Made by a program: the position numbers and the translations under genes. A stretch of 64,000 bases of DNA from Balanoglossus misakiensis (Eukaryota > Animalia > Hemichordata), in the NCBI GenBank assembly GCA_040954595.2, contig CM082583.2, forward strand, positions 1,622,925 to 1,686,924, given 5' to 3'. The first letter of the stretch is position 1; the number at the start of each line of letters is the position of its first letter. This document shows positions 1 to 14,535 of this stretch, piece by piece. The notes beneath the pieces were generated by a model that was not told the DNA's origin, made no database searches, and worked only from the letters and a program-made list of their open reading frames with translations.

Positions 1-1041
1 TGATGAGTTTGATCGCCGATGCGGATTTTTGATCGAGGTGTTTTGGCGTGGTGAGTGTAACGACGGACCTGCTACTTCGAGGCAGACTCCCGCCGGGTCC
101 GATGCCTAGGTAGATGCCGTATTGTCCCGGGATGGACTGTTTTCGCAGGGATATAGTCGTTCGGAATCACCACATGTGAGTAGGCGGATTTCGCGCACGT
201 GACGCAGGGAAGGCTGAACTGTTTGTGTAGAGGCCTGCGGAGGATTTGGATGTTGCCCGTCGGGAGTGAAGACAGACATTTCGTAGTGAGTTGGTGTTGG
301 TTTATTGACATTCTGTGCTTTCATGAGCAGTGCTTATTTCGTCCTTTGAACGTTTCTGGGACGATTCCAGTGAATTTTGCCGATTGATGAACAATAGACT
401 GTGTAGGAGTGTCCCGGATGTAATCGTGTTCTTATTACCGGAGCTGGACGATTACACGAAGTTTGCCGAGCGCCCGAGTGACATCCGTGAAGCGACCACG
501 CCCACAGACGTTGGAAGGTCGTAGCCTGGCATCCGCGCCTCGTCACGGACTTTCCTGAGTGTGACCGACATCGAGTTTCGTCACGTGTGTATCAGCCAGG
601 ACGTTGAGTCGCGTTTGAACTTTTTTTATGTGTAACTACGGTAAAGTTCTGCAGGGAGAGAGACATTTATTTCTGTGAACATTTTGACTTGATCAGAGAT
701 TTCTTGGAGAATCGATGCTGATATTTTCATATCATGTGTAGTGTGTGTTTGATTTTGAAGCCATAGTTTGTCAGCAATCCTTTTGAGAGTTTTACTGCAA
801 AATATTGTAAGTTGAGTTTGATATAGTTGTCGGTCAACACTGTAGGTGTTGTATTAGTTAATACATCCTGTTCAACAATACATGAGAGTGTGGTAGTTTC
901 TCATTTCACACCCTGCTCCCTGTTGTTGCAAACCTGTAAGTCAACTCCAAACGAAGAACCCCTGTGGCCCCCGCTCGAGAAATTAATTTGGCTGAGTTCC
1001 CTTGCGGCCTACACTATTTCCGTCGCGAAGAGCCGGTTACA
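1..1041 (+). mobile_element. Probable 3' part of a long LTR (3' or solo LTR) of an LTR retrotransposon
   Basis: CpG-rich non-coding block ending ...GAAGAGCCGGTTACA (CA terminus at 1041), after which composition turns AT-rich. No PBS follows. The left end lies outside the window. Confidence 0.35.
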
Positions 1042-2399
1042 TAAGCTTACTGATAGGTATACATAAACATCTTATCGATGCCCGATTGTGACTGCATGTT
1101 GCAATTGGAACATGCTATGTATTAAAACGGTGCCTCACCGATTTAATCAGCCTTCATACAAACAATAGCAGCTAAGCAGCTATCGTGAAATGCGACGCCA
1201 AGTGATGACAAACCAATGCAAATGCAAGTAATATGGCTTAATGGTCACGGGTGAAGATTTTAGGGAATAGGGAATATACATATGAAGTATTTTACTCTGG
1301 AAAAAAATATGCCAATTTTAGCAGCTATAGGGTTTTTAAAGCGCGGGCGAAGTATGAACAGATGCAGTAAATATCGATACATTGTATTTTGGAGGTTTCT
1401 CATAACCATGATTGGTTGGCTTATTATGCGGCGTTTTCTAAATAAAAGGAACAATATTAATTTATTGTTGGGGCTCACCTCCGTTAACATCTTGCCGTCT
1501 CTGCTGAGTTTTGGCATCTTCCGGCGGCACGTGTTTGTCCTTTAGGGCATGCTGTAAAATATTTAGAATAGCGCTGCCATTTGATCAAAGGATAAGCTGG
1601 CTTCGCGTGTTAGGGATGTGTGTCTGACGACTATGCCTCGAAGCAAAAGACACAGCCGACCCTGCCACGCAGATTCATTTGTTGTGTCACACATTTTCGA
1701 TCCAAGAAGAGAATATCAACCTTGACGTTGCGAAAATGACAAGAAACTTTCACTCATATAGGTTGTGTGATTACTTACCCGCAACTTGTTGGGAATTGCT
1801 GTCACCAGAGGTGCCCACAGCGTGAAAGCCAGAATGACTGCGACGCCTGCATTGGAGTTCGTCATGAATGGAAACATCGATGAACACGTTCGGTCTTCGA
1901 TGAGGCTAGTGTCCACAGAATAGGCATTCTTTTATAACGCAGCTGGGAGGTGGTAAATCCATTGTGATCACCATGCTATTAGTAGCCCAAGCAGTCAAAA
2001 TTTGCGAAAAATATATAAATATGGAAAAATATATCAATGGGATCAATAGTTATTAAGCACTTTTTAAAAACAAATGACACCGTAAGATCAATTATCTTGT
2101 TTTCCGCGACAAGTTTCAACATGGTATGTCAGCGCTACCAGTGAATAATATTATTAGAAACTATGACAGCTGTAACCGTGCGATTAATGATTTGATCAAT
2201 TTTAATCATATACTTGTAAATATTTGCGCGGGTGCTGGTTTAATAAACTGTGTTGATATATAGGTGGAAGACTGTTTAGTTTTCCAGTCAATTATGTGAT
2301 GTATTACGCCTGACGCTTAAATGATTTGGTCCAGGGAGAATAACCGCGTTTGGCCGGTCAAGCGAACCCTGGATCTTGCAGGCTCTGCCCACTTTCCAA

Positions 2400-2605
2400 T
2401 CAACAACCATTGAGCATGCGCAGTTGATACTTCACATTGTAAACAAGATGGCGTCGCTGTATATGCTTCTGGACTGCTGTCGCCCGACTATGTCGGCAAA
2501 GAAGAGACGAATTTAACCAAGCAACGCCATATCGGAAGATAGAATGATCGCGAGATGAAACCGGGATATCCAACGATTTGGCAGCCATGTTGATTGATTG
2601 GTAAG
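2400..2605 (+). promoter_or_regulatory. Candidate promoter and first exon
   Basis: GCATGCGCA (NRF1-like, ~2414), AAGATGGCG (YY1-like, ~2445), a CpG-rich stretch and a strong donor G|GTAAGT at ~2600. Confidence 0.3.
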
Positions 2606-3329
2606 TCGCCGAAGTAACTATTTGCCATTGATTTGTTTACCAGAAACGGTTTGCCTTTGGAACACATTTGACCTCACCGAAATTGATTTCAGAGTTTTTC
2701 CCAAGAACTAATGACGTTCGTTTTCACCTTTCTGTCCCGAAGTTGCAAACGTGTTGTCTCTGAGAAAATAAATGTGATTTGTACCCGCGATAATCATAGT
2801 TCGGATTTCAACCCACAACATCAACGCCAGCCATTCACCAACATGTGCCAGATAATGTTTATCAGTCATATTTTCTCAGTCTGAATTTACAAAAGACTGA
2901 TTGTATATTATGCACATTGCAATTTTAATATGTAACACGTTTGACCTGAGTGGGAGAATGGATTGAAGGGACACAAGCTTTTGTAGCCACTTATATTTTG
3001 ACACTGTTTATATAAATGTTGAGCTGGCATATTTGTTCCCTTATGATGTAGTGTACCTGTTGCATTGAAATGAAGCTGTAATATTAAAGTGCAATTTAGT
3101 CCTTTGGTTTACTGGGAAAATGAGGTCAATAAATGACAGGTTTATTTAGATATATGATATATTTCTCACAAGCACTTATGCATATGTATGAGATACTTAT
3201 TTATTTTTAATTTATGTATTTATTTTTAATTTATTTTGTATGTTCAGGTAATCATATGGATTTGTATGGAATCACATACACATTAATTAAAGACTATCAT
3301 ATCACAGAAGTCGAGCCTCCACATGTGTA

Positions 3330-3830
3330 AGGTAACCATTTAGGTTTCATGACTAAGTTTGTTTAAGAATTCATAAAGCACGAATTCTACCTAATGAATG
3401 AATTTTCTTAGAATTTCACAACTGTGACAGGGTTTGCAGTTATGCGAAAAAGTGTTATTATTCACATACGAAACTTTTCGTATACATTTTTCTGATGGCA
3501 ATGCATTTAACTTTGAACAAATATTGACGTCAGTTAGTAGTGCTATATTGTCAGTGAAATTGCTTCATCATCATCCCTCCAACCAAAGTTGAAACTGAGT
3601 TGCAAATATTGCACAGCTTGAAATCATAAAATGTTGCAAAATTGAACCAACCATTCGGTCAACGATTATGTTCTTACAGCTATTATTAGAAGCAGACAGT
3701 CTCAGGGAACAAGATACATGGGCCTGATTTGCAAACTGAGTTGGAACTAACCTTGCCTGCCCATGGATGCGCCAATTCAGTGAATCTTATCGTATTAAAA
3801 ATGAATATGGAGAACTATTCTCTGTGTTGT
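3330..3830. repeat. Dispersed repeat; an inverted copy lies at ~18625-19950
   Basis: Reverse-complement similarity, e.g. CAGCTTGAAATCATAAAATGTTGCAAAATTGAACCAA vs 18808-18844. Further fragments near 20030 and 22190. Confidence 0.7.
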
Positions 3831-4288
3831 GATTGTTAGCCTACATGTATACATATGTACCTTGAGTGATTCCACTTTCTTCAGTGTCCTGTGAATTCAG
3901 TTGCCATAACTTGCGCTTCACACAGCGCATACATGTAGGTCTAATCAATTGGGCAACTGGGTCTTACAATATTATCTGATGCCTCTTACTGGCCGAAGGA
4001 CCACAAGTTGCATTTTCACATCGCATATAAATAGAAAACCCATTAATTTCTACTGTATGATTTTATTGACGATTCAATAGTTTCATGACTGTTAGTGTTA
4101 ATTACAATACCTAAATTCCCAAATGAAAGCATGCTGTCAGTTTTCATGTGATTGATATTAATTTTACAATTTCAAAATATGCTTAGCTCTGAATGATTAT
4201 GAACATATCAAACTTCATGTTAAATAAACTGTCTTGATATTGTATACATTAAGGCCTACTACCAGTGTCACAACATTGATTTCCTGCA

Positions 4289-5340
4289 TTTTTGCTCATG
4301 CCTTCTGACCAGTCAGTTGCCTCTGTATGTGTGTATGTAGTATGTATGGATGTATGTATGTCTGTCCACATCAAAAACTTGAAAACCCCTTCGCGTATCC
4401 CCTTGATATTTGGTGTGTAGATGCAGGCCAGCCTGTAAATAGGATTTTGTTCATATTAAGAAGGTTGAAGTATTTTCATGATTGGTTTTATTTGATTACT
4501 CCAGAAACATACAATACAGAGTCTGTGTGGTAAGTCTTGATATTGGGTTTTTAGATGCAGGCACGCCTGTTCAAATGAAATATGCTAATTACCTGGAGCA
4601 ATGTGAAATTGATCAAAACTCAGAAACTCAACAACTGGTCAGATTGCTTTGAACATTTGTATGCATGTAGCTTATGTCACGCCTGATATACTTTCAGCTA
4701 ATATCGTGAATTGTAACTAGAATTTAGAATGCTATTTCCTATAGGTAATCTTTGTTAGTATTGTTTAAATTGTGGCAAAATTTGTAATTTTTGGGAAATA
4801 TAATTTTGTCATTTTTGGTCAAAAATCATTTTCTCCATGTCAGGTCAGGTTGCATTTAAATTTTGGTTTGCTTGTTCCATGAGGTAACCCAAGTAATGTT
4901 GTATATCATTTTGGTGAAATTTGCATATTTGTGGTCTTGAGGCAATTTTTGCAATTTGTATTCTTTGAAACCGCATGTCAAATTGCTTTCAATTTTGGTA
5001 GGCATGTTCCTTGTGGTGATTGAAGTGAGATATTGTTGGATTTGTTGATATCTGAATTTTTGTGGTTGAGGCAGTTTTTGTCATTGTTGAAGAAATGTTG
5101 TTTTCACTGAAAATACTCCGATTCCTGTGAAATTGTATTAGGTTACCTGGTAGGTCATATCTGCTTGGCAATGTCACAGCGGTGTACACACCTATTTTTG
5201 TGTAATCCAAAGTGTGTAATAACCTAGCAAATATTTACTAGTAAATCATGTATGTTCTACTTCTTACAAGGTTGAAGTATGTTGATGTCTGGGTTAAATG
5301 GGATTCTTCAGAAACATACAATACAGAGTCTGTGGTACAG
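4289..5340 (+). mobile_element. Decayed Helentron-type non-autonomous element (HINE/DINE-like)
   Basis: TTTTGCTCATG start, then a (TATG)n/GTCTGTC microsatellite and CATCAAAAACTTGAAA core shared with 11260-11320. Internal AAATTTGG/TTTGCATA modules. Confidence 0.45.
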
Positions 5341-5557
5341 TTCATGGTCACATTCAGAATTACCTAGTCTATATCCAGCCGTGTTCTGTCCGCTTTGCTT
5401 CCAAAAGTATCGTCTAGTGTCATGCATGCCACTTGCCCAATAATCTGACACCCCTTGCTGGGAAATTTGATGTAACAAGTGTCCCTTAGTGAAATTATTA
5501 ACATAAACTGAACAATGTTGATTTGGCGTAAGATTATAGTGAAGGCAGGGCTTATTA

Positions 5558-6848
5558 GGCCAAAAAAAAAAAGAGTTTTGTTTAGCGTCCAAGCAAAATC
5601 TCAAAATTGATGCGGTGACGCGGCTTCTTTTTTTTTTTTTTTTTTTTTTCTGCGAAACAAGAACAGCAAATATTTCTTTAATAGTCCAAAATTAGGGGGG
5701 GGGGATTTGGTCAAAGTAGGGGGGAATCATGACTTGCATAATTTATGTTAATTAGGTAAACATCAAGGAATGACAATTTTGAACTAACTAACTGCCTTCA
5801 TTCCATATTAAAAACAGCATAAGTAAATTACAACATTTTACATGTGAACTTGACAACATATTAACAGTTACAGTTTTTTCTACTTTAAATTAGTAGATTT
5901 TGCAGAGGAAGACACCAGCTTGCATAACTTTCAGGGCATGTAATTTAAAAAATGCTGGAGAGCTGAAAATAACTCTCCTGAAATTAATTACACAAGTGGT
6001 AGGAGAGTGACTGATTAACTGCTCCCCTGGCAAGTAGAGTGAAATGAATAAAATAAATGCAACTGCAAAAACAATAGTGTCTTTCTTTAATACTACACCT
6101 GAGAAAATAAATTCTTGTTTGATTTTAAAAGTTTCAGTTTTATAGCTGCCAAAATATTATATTGTGAAACCATTAATAGTTAAATAAATTGAAGTGGTAT
6201 ATATTTCTTCAGATTTCTGCCTACACTTCCCCATCTGTGGCTAGGCACACTACTCAAATAAACAGTCTCTGTACATATTGAATGACTTTCCTTCCTAAGT
6301 AAGAAAGCAAGGTCATGGAAAACTGATACATTCTTGATAAATCGTCATGGCAGGAACGCAGTTTCTTTAATTTGCATAAAATTGTTACGTTCTGCCAACC
6401 CATTTTCAAAAGTCGCCATAACAACAAGTTCACTTGAGTGCAGAGTGTGTGCTCTAAATTTAGACGGTATCCAGATAGGCTGTTCCAACAATTGCACAAT
6501 ATAGCCCTGGAGCTAAATTACACGTAAATGAATGTGAAAGTCATCTACAACATAGTTTTGGGGGGGTGGGAAGTTAAAATGTATAGGCCAGCACGCAGTA
6601 ATATCGGCCGTTTTCCCAGTGTTTTGACTGACGGTGCCTGCTATGGACGCGCATGTACTGGCCGGGTGGGCTGCTCACGAAGGGGCGATTCAAGTGTAAA
6701 AACGGGGGAATCGCGCGATCGCGCGTCCTGGAGAAAACACTGATTAGTTGATTTCCGGGTTCGAAAATTACCCAAAAAAAAGCCTCGACGCGCATGTTTA
6801 AAAGTGACGCGCGCGAGGACGCTAAACAAAACTCTTTTTTTTTTGGCC
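5558..6848. mobile_element. Non-autonomous DNA transposon (MITE), Zator- or PIF/Harbinger-like
   Basis: ~33-bp TIRs GGCCAAAAAAAAAAAGAGTTTTGTTTAGCGTCC and a 3-bp TSD TTA (5555-5557, 6849-6851). Confidence 0.85.
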
Positions 6849-7137
6849 TTACATTGAAAATGCTATCCAGCCTTAATTACACATTATGAATATCCTTTGT
6901 CCAATCATTGGAAAAACAATGTACCGTAGACTGGCATAGCACATTGAAGGTGAATCGCAAGTGGTCACTTTAATTACATTACCTCAAGCAGTCTTTAACA
7001 TGTAGCTATAATAAGACAAACATTCCCGGTGTAATTAACATCACTGTTGTTATTAGTATCTATCTCCGATAAGTATCAAGTCTGCCTTATGTTATTTTAA
7101 GTCAATTGTCAGGTTCATGTACATATTTTACAACTTA

Positions 7138-7979
7138 CAGTAGAACGTCGATTATCCGAACAGCTAGGGGGACAGGCTTTTGGTTCGGTTATGCGATCAG
7201 TTCGGATACGCAAACTTAGGGGGGCGGGGTCACATCTGACATATAACACGCATACATAAACCCGTCCATAGTAGACAAGACACGTCGTTTTCCATTCTAT
7301 TTTTATTACTAAGTAAATTTGGATGGTTTCAAATACTGCACAAAGTAAAATTATGAGAAAGTAAAAAATAAATAAAAGAATGACGACGTGAGGTCGAGCA
7401 CGTGACGCTCGCTTCATGACATAGCCATGATGGCATGGACAGTAATGGCGGAAGCAATGCGATGTCGGTCGGTTCGATGTTTCTCGGCAGATCACTACTG
7501 GAATTACAAATGGTGAAATTTCCCAAAACCCAAGGGTTTTTAAACACTTCTACACTAGTTAACACTTTCAGGTTTTGACAAATGCCGCGAACGTTTAATG
7601 AAGAAGCCGACCATCGGTCGCAACCTTTTAGCAAGGCTGGCAAAGCTTTGCGGCTGACGAACCGTGCCATTGTCGAGCTGTTTATTTTCACACCTCTTGC
7701 GATTGCATCCAAATGATTCATACCCGGGGATACAAAACATTAACACTTTTAAGAATTAAAACATAAGGCTAATGGGCGGTAAGGTTGTTTAAAGAAATAA
7801 CTTTTTAAAAGAGGAAAGTGCTGTATGATGCCTTCCTTTGACAGCGAGGGCCGTGAATATCAAACAATGATTAAGCAAGGTATACGCCTAGTACAGGTAG
7901 ACTTTTCGGGGGACACAGAGTGAGTTCGGATGACAGAACAATGCGGATAATCGACGTGCGGATAATCGACGTTCTACTG
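7138..7979. mobile_element. pogo/Tigger-like (Tc1/mariner) MITE
   Basis: TIR CAGTAGAACGTCGATTATCCG at both ends, TA TSD, and a duplicated subterminal TGCGGATAATCGACG. Confidence 0.9.
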
Positions 7980-8029
7980 TATCTATCTTGTCAAAAACTT
8001 TCGCATGTACCTAATTCTAGGCTTACCAG

Positions 8030-9205
8030 TAGGGTTATAGATACAGTGTATTATATTAACATGCATTAATATGAAACTAAATGTTGATGGTTAATTAAAG
8101 ACCCCCTTGAGCTATGGTAACCTCATTAAATATGTGCATATCTTATTATAGTGGATGTGGTAACCTGGACATGGACAACTCTGGGGTCAAAATCTTTTAA
8201 CAAACTTTTGGGTGATCTTGGGTAAACTTTGACCTACATTCCTATATCTTGGCATCCGGCACAGATACATCCTTGACACTTGGAGTTATGGAACTAGTAA
8301 TGGAATATTATGTCTTGCCTCATTAATTATGTACATACCTAATGCCAGCCTAACCAATAGGGCTGGAAGTCTGCCTTTTTTTGGACATGATACATTTGAG
8401 ATCAACATTTTTCTACAGCAGCCAGCCTTCTCTTAAAAAGAATGGACAATATAAAGGCTTTGCTGGTATACTGAACTTTTGACTCCCTCCCTGAGACTGT
8501 GTGCCAATGACGGGATAGCCTACTCAGCGTTGGGTAGATCCTAAGAAGGCCTCAGCCAGGCATCAGATACAAAAAACGGAAATCCAAGCTTTAATGGTGG
8601 GTTACATCGTTAACTTCCCTGCAGAGCTGATTTCTCAGACTGTGAGCCAATGACGGGTAAAGCCCCTAGGTAGGGGCCACCTAAGACAGGCCGGTCATGC
8701 TTTAGTCACAAAGAAGGGCAAGTTCAGTCATACCATAACTTTGTCTGCTGTATATGCTTCATAATGATTGCATGGTATTTGGAGAATACATTGTCTTAAG
8801 GCAGTGTGACCAGCTAAAAAGTACTGGCAAACACAGCCAATGTGTAATAAAAAACATCTAATTTGGCTGAATAAAAGACATAAAACACAGCAAAAGCACT
8901 GTGACTAGCTGAGACATAATACTCCATTATGCATTTCCATCACTCCAAGTGTCAAGGTTGCATCTGCTCTGGATGCCAAGATATAGTAATGTTGGTCAAG
9001 GTTTACCCAAAGTCACCCAAAGTTCTGTCAAACAATTTTGACCCCAATGTTGTCCATGTTTAGGTTTCTCCCTCCACTGGATAGCCTACAATTAGATATG
9101 CAAATATTTAATGACATTACCATAGATTAAGGCGGTCCTAAATTAACCATGAAATTATAGTTTCATGTTAATTCTTGTTATTACAAAACACTGTATCTAT
9201 AACCC
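8030..9205. repeat. Two diverged fragments of one Helentron-like family in inverted orientation (~8030-8295 and ~8935-9205)
   Basis: The arms are reverse complements (CCTTGACACTTGGAG / CTCCAAGTGTCAAGG). The same modules occur at 51570-51920. Confidence 0.6.
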
Positions 9206-9970
9206 TTCTGGAAGCCATACTTTGTTTCATGCTACCCAATATGTGAAAGTAGGTAAAAAATCAGCCAAGGTTATTTGAAATTTTGCTGAAAAAAATCCGG
9301 TCCCTGACATTTGGTAAAGGGGTCAAGACACTTGGCAACAAATTGTTGTCCCAGATTAGAACATATTCATAAAAAACACAGGGAAAGAAGGAAGTTTTTC
9401 ACAGCTTTGGTGCTTCAAATAGTAGAGAGGTTCCCAAGTTATTTCAATGAAACCTTAATGTCAACATTACATCGTTAGACTCGAACTCATCTGGCATAAA
9501 GCTGCTAGTTAAAGCCCTAAGGGTTGTGCCACTTTTTCATTATTTTCATCTAAGATTTGTCAATCTAAATAAGCTTACTGCTAGGTATACATCTACATGA
9601 ACATCTTGTTGACAGACGATTGTGGCTGTAATTTAAAGAAGTCAGATATTTAACAGGTACCACACCTGTTTAATCTGCCTCTATACAAAGGGTACACATC
9701 TATAGTGGTATGCATCACCTAGATATGACAAACATAAGCACTACAAGTAATATGGCTTTATGGTGGCGATTTTGAAGGATGTGGAGAAGATTTGAAAAAC
9801 ACTCTTGAGGAAAAAGATGTGTTAAATCTTTGAAATGTGTTTTATTCTTTGGTTCCCATTTCGTATATGTCTATCTACCACTGGGACCAATGTGAAATTG
9901 GCGGAAACTGGTCAAATTGCTTTAGAAATTGGTGTGTATTCATTTTGAGACCTCATGGATTTTTTTTCAT

Positions 9971-12323
9971 TTTTAGCTCACGTGAAAATCACGTGAGCTT
10001 ATGGTTTAGCGATGTCTGTGTGTGTGTGTGTGTATGTATGTATGTGTGTGTGTCTGTCTGTATACCCGATATCTCAAGAACCGCTGAACTGATTTCAACC
10101 AAATTTAGTACACAGGTTCAGATATCATATGGCAAGAACTGAAAAGGTTTTGGTGCGTGTGGCTTTGATATTAATGAAGTTATTTAAGTTTTAATTTTTC
10201 TATTACATGGTTGTCTATGTGAGCTTTCGTTAATGCCGCATATATGACCAGTGGAAACGATAGTTTGAGGAGATCGACTGTTTGAGGGCGCTGTGAAATG
10301 AGACATTCCTGGCGATATTGCCGTGGTTCTGTCCATGCTCAGACGCTGTACCCGTCGTTACGAATAACTTCCCTACGTGAATCCACAAGGAAGCTAACGT
10401 TGTTTAGTTGCTTCATAGAGCGTAAATTGTTAATCTACAGGACCGTCAGACGAATACTCTTTTCAAATGAAGTTTGAAACTACTTACGAGTAAGTTAGTG
10501 GAGACAATATGGCGGATAGTTGGCGTGCAGCCGAATCCGCGTTATGACTATGACGTGACCCATTCATCAAGACAAACCGTAAATGATTCACGCATATTGT
10601 GGTCCTCACGCAGTCAATCTCAAAATGTCACCAGGCTTTCTATTTGTCTATTGTTCAGAGAAAAATAACGTGGCGGTTGATCACACTCAACAGTAAAATC
10701 CGTTTTGTGAGTTTATAGACAGTCTGTTATCGCCAATACTATATAGCTATTGCTAGATGGCTTACCCAATATGTGATCGAGCGAGAATGATAACATTGAA
10801 TGTCTGTTCAGATCTCATTCCGTACGTCATACGTCAACATTTCGATTTCGATTTAATCCATTCATAAAGAATTTAGAGAAAGTCGTCTTGAATTGTGACC
10901 CCGACTATCAATTTTACGATGATTTTTTGGCGACGGAATACACGAGACGCCATTGCATAACTACGTCAGCTGGACTTCCAAGGTTACCATTTTGTGTGTA
11001 TGGAATCTTATCACAGAGACTACGTACTTTGACAATATGCCATGCTATATCAATGACGCCCAAGAAAATTTGTCGAAAAATGAATTTGTCTTCTCATGGT
11101 GGTGCAATATATTTTAATGTCTATTTTGAGGTTGATTTTGGTTTTTGGCTAACATGTATATCAATGTCAGCTTATAGCATAAGTTGGTGTCCGTCGTCTA
11201 TGTATGTCTGTATGTGTGCCTCATACAGAATTATGTATTTTGCGAATGGATCAGTTTCGTCTAAATGTATTGATGTATGTATGTGTATGTCCATCAACAT
11301 CAAAAACTTGAAACTACTGATATTTAGTGTGTACATAGAAATTGTTATTGCGAAAAAATGCATACTGGTATTAACTGGAAAAATGTTCAAGTAGTCAAAA
11401 TTGAAAAACTTAATAACAGCGGATCAGATTCAGTTAAAAATTGGCGTGCATTGGTGTGCAAGTACTATGGGAAGACCTCGTATGATTTTGTTCAGGTGGA
11501 GTCAGTATCTGGCGTTTGCTATTTTTTATGAATTTTTGGGGGAATTTTCTGCAGTTTTGTTAAAAAAAATTCTTCTCTGAAATTACATGTCCAATTGATT
11601 GGAAACTTGGTATGGAGGTTCATAGGGCTTACCTGAATCACATTTGTGCAAACGGTGGTGAAATTTGCAAAAATGCATTTTTGGGCAATATTTCCTGTTT
11701 TTGTCAAAAAATCAAATCCCGTGAAACTGTAAGTGCAATTGTTTTGATACTTTGTATTTGGGTTTCTAGGGGTGATCTCAGTCAGATATGATCAAATTGT
11801 AAAGAAATTTGCATAATTGTATTTTTTGGGAATTCTGCAGGGTTTGGCCAAATAGTCTTCAGTAAAACCACAAGTCCAATTGATTGGAAACTTTGAATGG
11901 GAATTCATATATGTGATATCAGTCAGATTTGTCTGAATTACCTGTTGTTTGCCAAAATGTCTTCCTTATTGAAACTTGTTAAAGAGGTTCTTAGGCATGA
12001 ACAGAAATCAGATTTGTTGAAATCTGGTGAAATATTCATACTTTTTGGTATATTTCTTGCCATTTTTGATCAACGAGTTTTAGAATTCCATAGACTTATC
12101 TTTTTATGCAGTTCAGGATGGGGTACATGACTCATAACCCCTTACAAAAATTGACAAGGCAACAATTCCACAAACATGTTTACATTTCACAATGATGCAA
12201 CACACAACCCTTACACCATATACACTATAAACCAAATTGGTTTAACACTGGTTTTTCTAATCTTGTTATTCTGTCAACCAATCACAGTACTGCACGTGAG
12301 CATATTCAGTTAATATCTGGTTT
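9971..12323 (+). mobile_element. Helentron-associated non-autonomous element (HINE/DINE-1-like)
   Basis: 5' TTTTAGCTCACGTG with an adjacent inverted copy CACGTGAGCT, then a TG/TATG/GTCT microsatellite. 3' sub-TIR CACGTGAGC followed by a short stem-loop and TTT. Confidence 0.75.
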
Positions 12324-12499
12324 GAAGTATATTTTTGGGGTGATTTTGGTCAAATACTCAAAAACCTCTACTCACAGTTCTTTGAAATTTGGTTTGCAGG
12401 TTCCTAGGTGTGTTATCACGACATTTTAACAAATCCTATGATGGAAGTGTCAATATAGTTTTTGTGGACAGTTTTTGCCATTTTTGTTTGATCAGCCCG

Positions 12500-14486
12500 A
12501 ACGCAACCACCCAACGATGAGGGCGTTTATTGGAAAAAGTCACGTGACTATTTTCAAAATGGTAGCTTATTTATGTTGTTGCGCTAACCTTCAGAAAACA
12601 CGGGCGATTTTGTCCGATTGGAGAGTCTTTACCTTGAAATGACAACAGTATCGATAAAACTAGAATCGTACGGATATGTTGGCAGATTATCGCGCCTTAA
12701 GCATGGTGGGATTGGGTTGTAGACGTTTTTTCCCACGATCGACCGTGAATGAAAAACGGAGGTATTGCGATGTTTTTCAAGTTTACCGACCCGTATCTCA
12801 AGAAATATTGGAGGTTGCACAATAATCTTCACACCGCAAGTTAGTTAATTTATCAGTCTAAAGCTGTGTGAAATTTGAAGTGTTTCGGACGTTTTATATA
12901 AAAGTGCTGCACTTTCTCGTGAACCCTTCATTTTCCGGTGAACGCGAGTTATTGTGACATTTCTCAAGTTCACCTATCCGTCTTTTAAGAAATATTTAAG
13001 GTTGCCCGACAGTTTTTACATCGCGAGTTAGGTTATTTATCAATCTAACGCTAGGCAAAATTTTAAGTGTTTCAGACGTTTTATAAAATAGTGCGGCGCT
13101 TTCTTGTGAACCTTGCACTTTACGTGACGCGGCTCGACTTCCGCGTTTCGTGCAGGCGCAGCCAGTGTACACGATGTGAAGTGAACTGCGCATGCGCGAT
13201 TTGTTTTGTCTGGTGACCATGGAACGAGCCACACTTTCTTGGATATAATAAAAAATTAAATTACTGTAAAACTGTGTATGATTCTGTTGCTACAGATATA
13301 TTCCTACGATTTGCAATGTCAATTTTCAGTGCATTATTACCGATGCTACGGCCGGGTGCTACGGGCACTGTTAGCTCTGCTTGGCTGGGCTGCGTGTCTT
13401 ATCACCGCAGACGTACACACAAAGCCCCGGCTGCCACGCAGAGCTTCGGGCACTGTGTACATGCACGTATGTCCACGGTTCATCTTGATTGCCACAGTGA
13501 TTCATAGTTTGAAGACTTGAGCACAGTGTCAAAAGAAAAGAAATGACTGAAGTTATGTTTATTGAGAACAAGCTTTTGTAATTTGTTTATTCCGATACAT
13601 AGACTGACCGCGTCCACGATATAGGCACTACGAGCTGTGCGACTAAGAATGAAATCCTCAACTAGGCCCCCTGTGACTTTGGCCTTCCACTCTCCACAAA
13701 CTGTTCAGAACGGGGAGAGAGCAAGGGGAGGCAGTACAAGATTTATACGCTGAAATACAGCGATCATGCTAGCCAATTTCGACACAACGAAAATTTGATG
13801 ATTGCAGACTCTGCAGAGCAACAGTTCGGCGATACAACTCGGCCAAGTACGTGCAATTCTATGAGCTACTCTGAGGCTGTTGCCTCACATTACGGGCTGA
13901 GTTTAAGGAGCTCTTGAGCGAATACCTCTGGGGGTTGCATCATGATTTTTTAAATTTTATTACAAGATATATCGAATTCACTGAAAATGATGTTTAAATT
14001 TTAAAATTCATTTTTATATAAAAGTGCGGCAGTTCGTAAAAACCCGGAAGTGCGGCGTGTTTTGATTTTAGTTGTTCTGGGGTCACTCCGTAATTCGCTC
14101 ATTTTTGCAAAGAAAACATGTTTTTTACCAACAAAAAACATACAGATATGTAGTTTAGATATAATTTTGGCCTTTTCATCAGTTTGAGTCATTCAACTGC
14201 CGTCCCTGCTTGTTAATTTGGCATTAAAAAAAGCGCGGGACTTTCGCATGCCACTTCTAGCTGTGTGTACGACAGAACGTTGAGGGCGTCACCAGAACTA
14301 AAAAACTGGGCAATTAACGGTCAAATGGCTGACCTGCGTTCGGGCTGGATTGCTTTGCAATTTTTTGTTTTGCAGTTTCCAGGGGATTTTTTTACTGTGA
14401 TATATCATAAATGTTCTGAAAATGAAAAAATTGTATTTTGGGGGCATAAAAAAAATTCTCAGAAAGTGCATGGTTGATCACTTTAA
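12500..14486. mobile_element. Possible truncated non-autonomous DNA transposon (Kolobok-like end)
   Basis: CpG-rich block with a ~140-bp diverged direct repeat (12790-12930 / 12977-13120), ending GATCACT-TTAA. The left TIR was not found. Confidence 0.3.
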
Positions 14487-14535
14487 AAGTTTAGTTGTGA
14501 GTTAATGAACAGATATGTGCTTCTTTAGAATGATA

